Below the pieces are notes generated by a model, which saw only the letters and a list, made by a program, of their open reading frames with translations, did not search any database and was not told where the DNA came from. The translations under genes and the position numbers were made by a program. A DNA stretch of 63,856 nt, the filler included, from Phoronis australis (taxonomy: Eukaryota > Animalia > Phoronida), in assembly GCA_002633005.1 (NCBI GenBank). It is 5 parts of 5 records of this genome, joined end to end, with 100 filler letters (N's around TTAATTAATTAA, not from the genome) between each part and the next. Parts side by side here need not be neighbours in the genome. Positions count along the whole stretch, not along the records: positions 48,214 to 61,602 come from NMRA01001588.1; positions 61,703 to 63,856 come from NMRA01003823.1; 3 more parts are not named here. The stretch is one strand, 5' to 3'. This document shows, piece by piece, positions 60,696 through 63,856 of the stretch; the first letter of the stretch is position 1, and each line of letters begins with the position of its first letter.

Positions 60696-61205
60696 GACCA
60701 AAAAAAAACAACTTAAGACCATAATTTATTATGTCAGGAGTGAACACGTTTGGAGCGAAAATTTAACAATTCAAGACCAAAATTTAACACGCCAGGACGG
60801 AAAACTTAATATATCAGGATTGAAAATTTATCACGCCAGAAAATTTTCATGCCAGGAGACCACATGACCATCCACAAGCATTGATCTCAAAGTGATAACT
60901 TCGGTTCTAGGTACACAAGGGCTGAGTGTTCAACAATGTCTCGTCGACAACAGACATATTATCATAAAAATGAGGTTGATTTCTTTTGTCTCTTCTACGC
61001 TTCACCACAGAAACCAATGAACACTTGGCCTTTTGGACCCATTAAGACTTGAATGGAGCTGAATATTACAGGGATACAGTGGATTTTCATTGTCGGATAG
61101 TGGATGGTCAACATGGTTTCCTGGCATGAAAATTTTCTGTCTTGGAATGACGAATTTTTGGTCGTGACGTGATAAATTCTGGTCTTGAGTTCTTTTTTGG
61201 TCCTA
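60696..61205. mobile_element. Foldback-like element with internally repetitive inverted arms
   Basis: CAGAAAATTTTCATGCCAGGAGACCACATGACCATCCAC (~60837-60874) is inverted at ~61100-61139; the outer arms also match imperfectly. Confidence 0.6.
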
Positions 61206-61602
61206 CTGAGATTTTAATTCCTGAGTAGAAAATATGTGTCTGTGATTTTATTTCTGTTCTGTTACCTATAATACATAACCTTACCTAGTCTAGCTTGCCA
61301 GTTAATAATAATAGACGGATGTCACAGGACACATTTAAAAAATTTGGTTAAGTGTCTGAGGATATTATCGTTATCTAGTTGTGCATCTTAATTTTTAAGT
61401 GCATGATCTCATTTCTTGCATTATCAAAAGCACTTATTCAACTGCTAACCTTAACCTTCACATAGAGAGCACTGCAGTCTGTGGAGATAAACCATTCACT
61501 GAACAAAAACTCTATACAGATAAGTACACCAGATATCTATCAATAGTTATCTCAGGAGGTTAGGTTATGTTATGGTGTGGTTGGATCAATAGTTTTTTAA
61601 GA

Positions 61603-61702
61603 NNNNNNNNNNNNNNNNNNNNNNNNNNNNNNNNNNNNNNNNNNNNTTAATTAATTAANNNNNNNNNNNNNNNNNNNNNNNNNNNNNNNNNNNNNNNNNN
61701 NN
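61603..61702. other. Artificial 100-nt spacer
   Basis: N44-TTAATTAATTAA-N44. Confidence 0.97.
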
Positions 61703-62182
61703 AATTTTAAATACACCCACAGTAGCCATGTCGTGGCCTGCGTGGTCGGCCTCTTGAACAAAATCCTTAACAATACCCTAATCAATTATGCGGTGAACTA
61801 GGAGCCTACCGGCTTCTATTGAAAAAGCCGAGAATGCTCGCTGTGCGGAAGCGGCCACCTCGCCACTGAAGAAAAGATGAGGATAAAATTTCTTTTTAAT
61901 TCGTGCTGAGCGATGATCTGGTTATAGAGTGGAGAGGTGATTGAAACTTTCACCTTGCTGAGTTTTTGTACAAAATTTTACTAACATCACATCCGCTTTA
62001 GGCTACACGGATTGAGGAGAGTCATGTTCGCTCAGTAATAAAATACCATAATGCGTGTACTAATGGAAATTAACATTCAGTCTATTGAATTATTTTCGTC
62101 AAAAATATAAAAAAATTGGGACTTTGACGTCATGTGAGCGGAATGATGGTGTTTTTAATCACCGCTTTGGCGCTATACTCAC

Positions 62183-62296
62183 GCTTGTCGCAGTTATCTC
62201 CTGATGTGTGCTGGACGCACTCGCATGTGTAGTTGTTCACTCCATCTTTGCACGTGCTGCCATATTTGCAAGGACTGCTGGCGCACTCGTCGATGT
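62183..62296 (-). CDS. Calcium-binding EGF-like repeat exon (fibropellin/Notch-type)
   Basis: 114-nt phase 1-1 exon NIDECASSPCKYGSTCKDGVNNYTCECVQHTSGDNCDK; ccag/gtgagt. Confidence 0.92.
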
Positions 62297-62432
62297 CTGG
62301 AATTGATAAGACAAAGTGTAAAATATACTAAAATATTGATACCCTCAAACAAATGCACGCGTATTCTGCAGTTACAAAGCCAATGTTGTTTTCATGGGGA
62401 ATTCCTTGGAATAGAAATTAAATGTCGTTTAC

Positions 62433-62676
62433 TTGTTGAACAGTTGACGCCTGCGTATCCAGGATTACAAGTGCAGTTGTAGGATGCCCCCTGGTTGTTG
62501 CATGTTCCGTGGACGCATGGTTTTCCAGCACAAGGGTCCGCTGGCGCGACGGAAGACGTGGCAGCAACAGAGGATGAAGAGGCTGGTGTGGCAGATACGG
62601 AACCGGTGGCAGATGCGGTTGACGAAGCCATNGGTTGCCGTTGCACCAGAGTTGGTTGCTGATGCGGAAGAAGATG
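62433..62676 (-). CDS. Ser/Thr/Ala-rich linker plus EGF-like repeat exon of the same extracellular protein
   Basis: [35 protein letters not shown]; 243 nt, phase 1-1 if the single n at 62632 is removed. Confidence 0.88.
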
Positions 62677-63856
62677 CTAAAATCAAACACGTAATAGTTC
62701 TTGTGAGAGAATAGTTGACAAAGAGGCTATAAAAGAATGCATGAAAACTAAAACATTACACGGATGCAGTAAACAAACGTCGGCAGATGGTTTTTTATTA
62801 TGGGAAGATAAGCCTATCAGAAATCAACGTTTCTGTTAGCTGACGTCATAGACTCGCATTACAAAGCCCAGCATCAAGGTTAAGCAAGAAACAAAGTCTG
62901 TGTTAAATGAATGTCATTACAATTTTGCAGTTACAATCAAGTTAAAAGCACAAAGCACACGCACAAAAACTCGCAAATACGTCGTCGTAAGTCAACTGAT
63001 CTTAATAATAACTGATTACCAATAAAAGTTGATGGGTCTGAATTGACAGCAGCAGACAATGTTGACTGGGATGTCGCGACAGAACTGGATGCAAATGGAG
63101 CCGATTTGGAAAACCCTTACGAATCAAGCACAAAAATATGTTAGTAAGCAAGTTACATATTTTAGATAGATCGTAGGTTATGTAAGACCATATAAAAATG
63201 GTCAAACTTGGCTGATTTAGGAACATCGTATCTCATAAATGCCTGTCGAATTCATATGAAGCTTTCAGATACTATGTTTTATCCACTGTTTTAAAATGTT
63301 ATTAGGATTTTTTTTTAACATTTTCATCTTTGTATGAAGAAATATCATAAATGTGACAGCTTTAAAATTTATTATTTTCTAGATATTTTGGCATAGACTT
63401 GTCGATAAGGTCCTACATTAACTTAACTGGAAAAGACCAATCCCATTTCAGGTTTTCTGAATATAAAAATTGGCACGCTAGTTTCAGTAAAAACGGTGCG
63501 TAGAAGAGACACTATTTTTAGGTCGTGCTTCGCAGTTCATAAAAATGACATTTTGTGACGTATCTTTAAGGTATTTTGCGATTCACGTCATTTTGGTAGG
63601 AAAAATGTAAAATGTCCTTTCCTCCTTTTCACCATCTAAAACTGAACCTGTAAACAGTCCTCTCAATCACCCAGAGTATGCCTCAAAAGCTGCTAAAACC
63701 ATTCCCAGATAGACTCAAGTAAAAAGAGCGTCAAAGTCCGATTATTTTAACAGGGTAGATGTAGTAAGTCAAGTCACCCAAGTTTGGATCGCTTTATTTC
63801 ACTTAAAGGTCTGTTAATTCGTCACAAACTGATTGCTATGATGGCCATGGAATGGT

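Overview
Eukaryotic (metazoan, probably marine invertebrate) genomic DNA, AT-rich, with spliceosomal introns. Most entries in the supplied ORF track are noise, and the real genes had to be rebuilt by hand from exons. The window is five sequence blocks joined by identical artificial 100-nt spacers (N44-TTAATTAATTAA-N44), so adjacency across spacers cannot be trusted. Genes, all on the minus strand: (1) the large terminal exon of an MFSD4-like MFS transporter; (2) a secreted SUEL/rhamnose-binding-type lectin with a furin-like propeptide; (3) a complete 6-exon, 177-aa secreted CTHRC1-family protein with no collagen helix and a short coiled-coil instead; (4) eight exons of JNK (MAPK8/9/10 ortholog, TPY motif) with a U12-type intron and two exon-end/5' splice-site duplications; (5) two exons of a Ser/Thr/Ala-rich EGF-repeat protein. 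The rest is decayed LINEs, three THAP-transposase remnants, several MITE families with readable target-site duplications (TTAA, 5, 7 and 9 bp), Helentron-type (HINE/pearl-like) elements, one carrying a CTCF-motif array, and micro/minisatellites. TACATGTA is abundant and appears as a 6-bp insertion in old elements, consistent with Tc1/mariner excision footprints. All family assignments come from motif recognition by eye; no database search was run.
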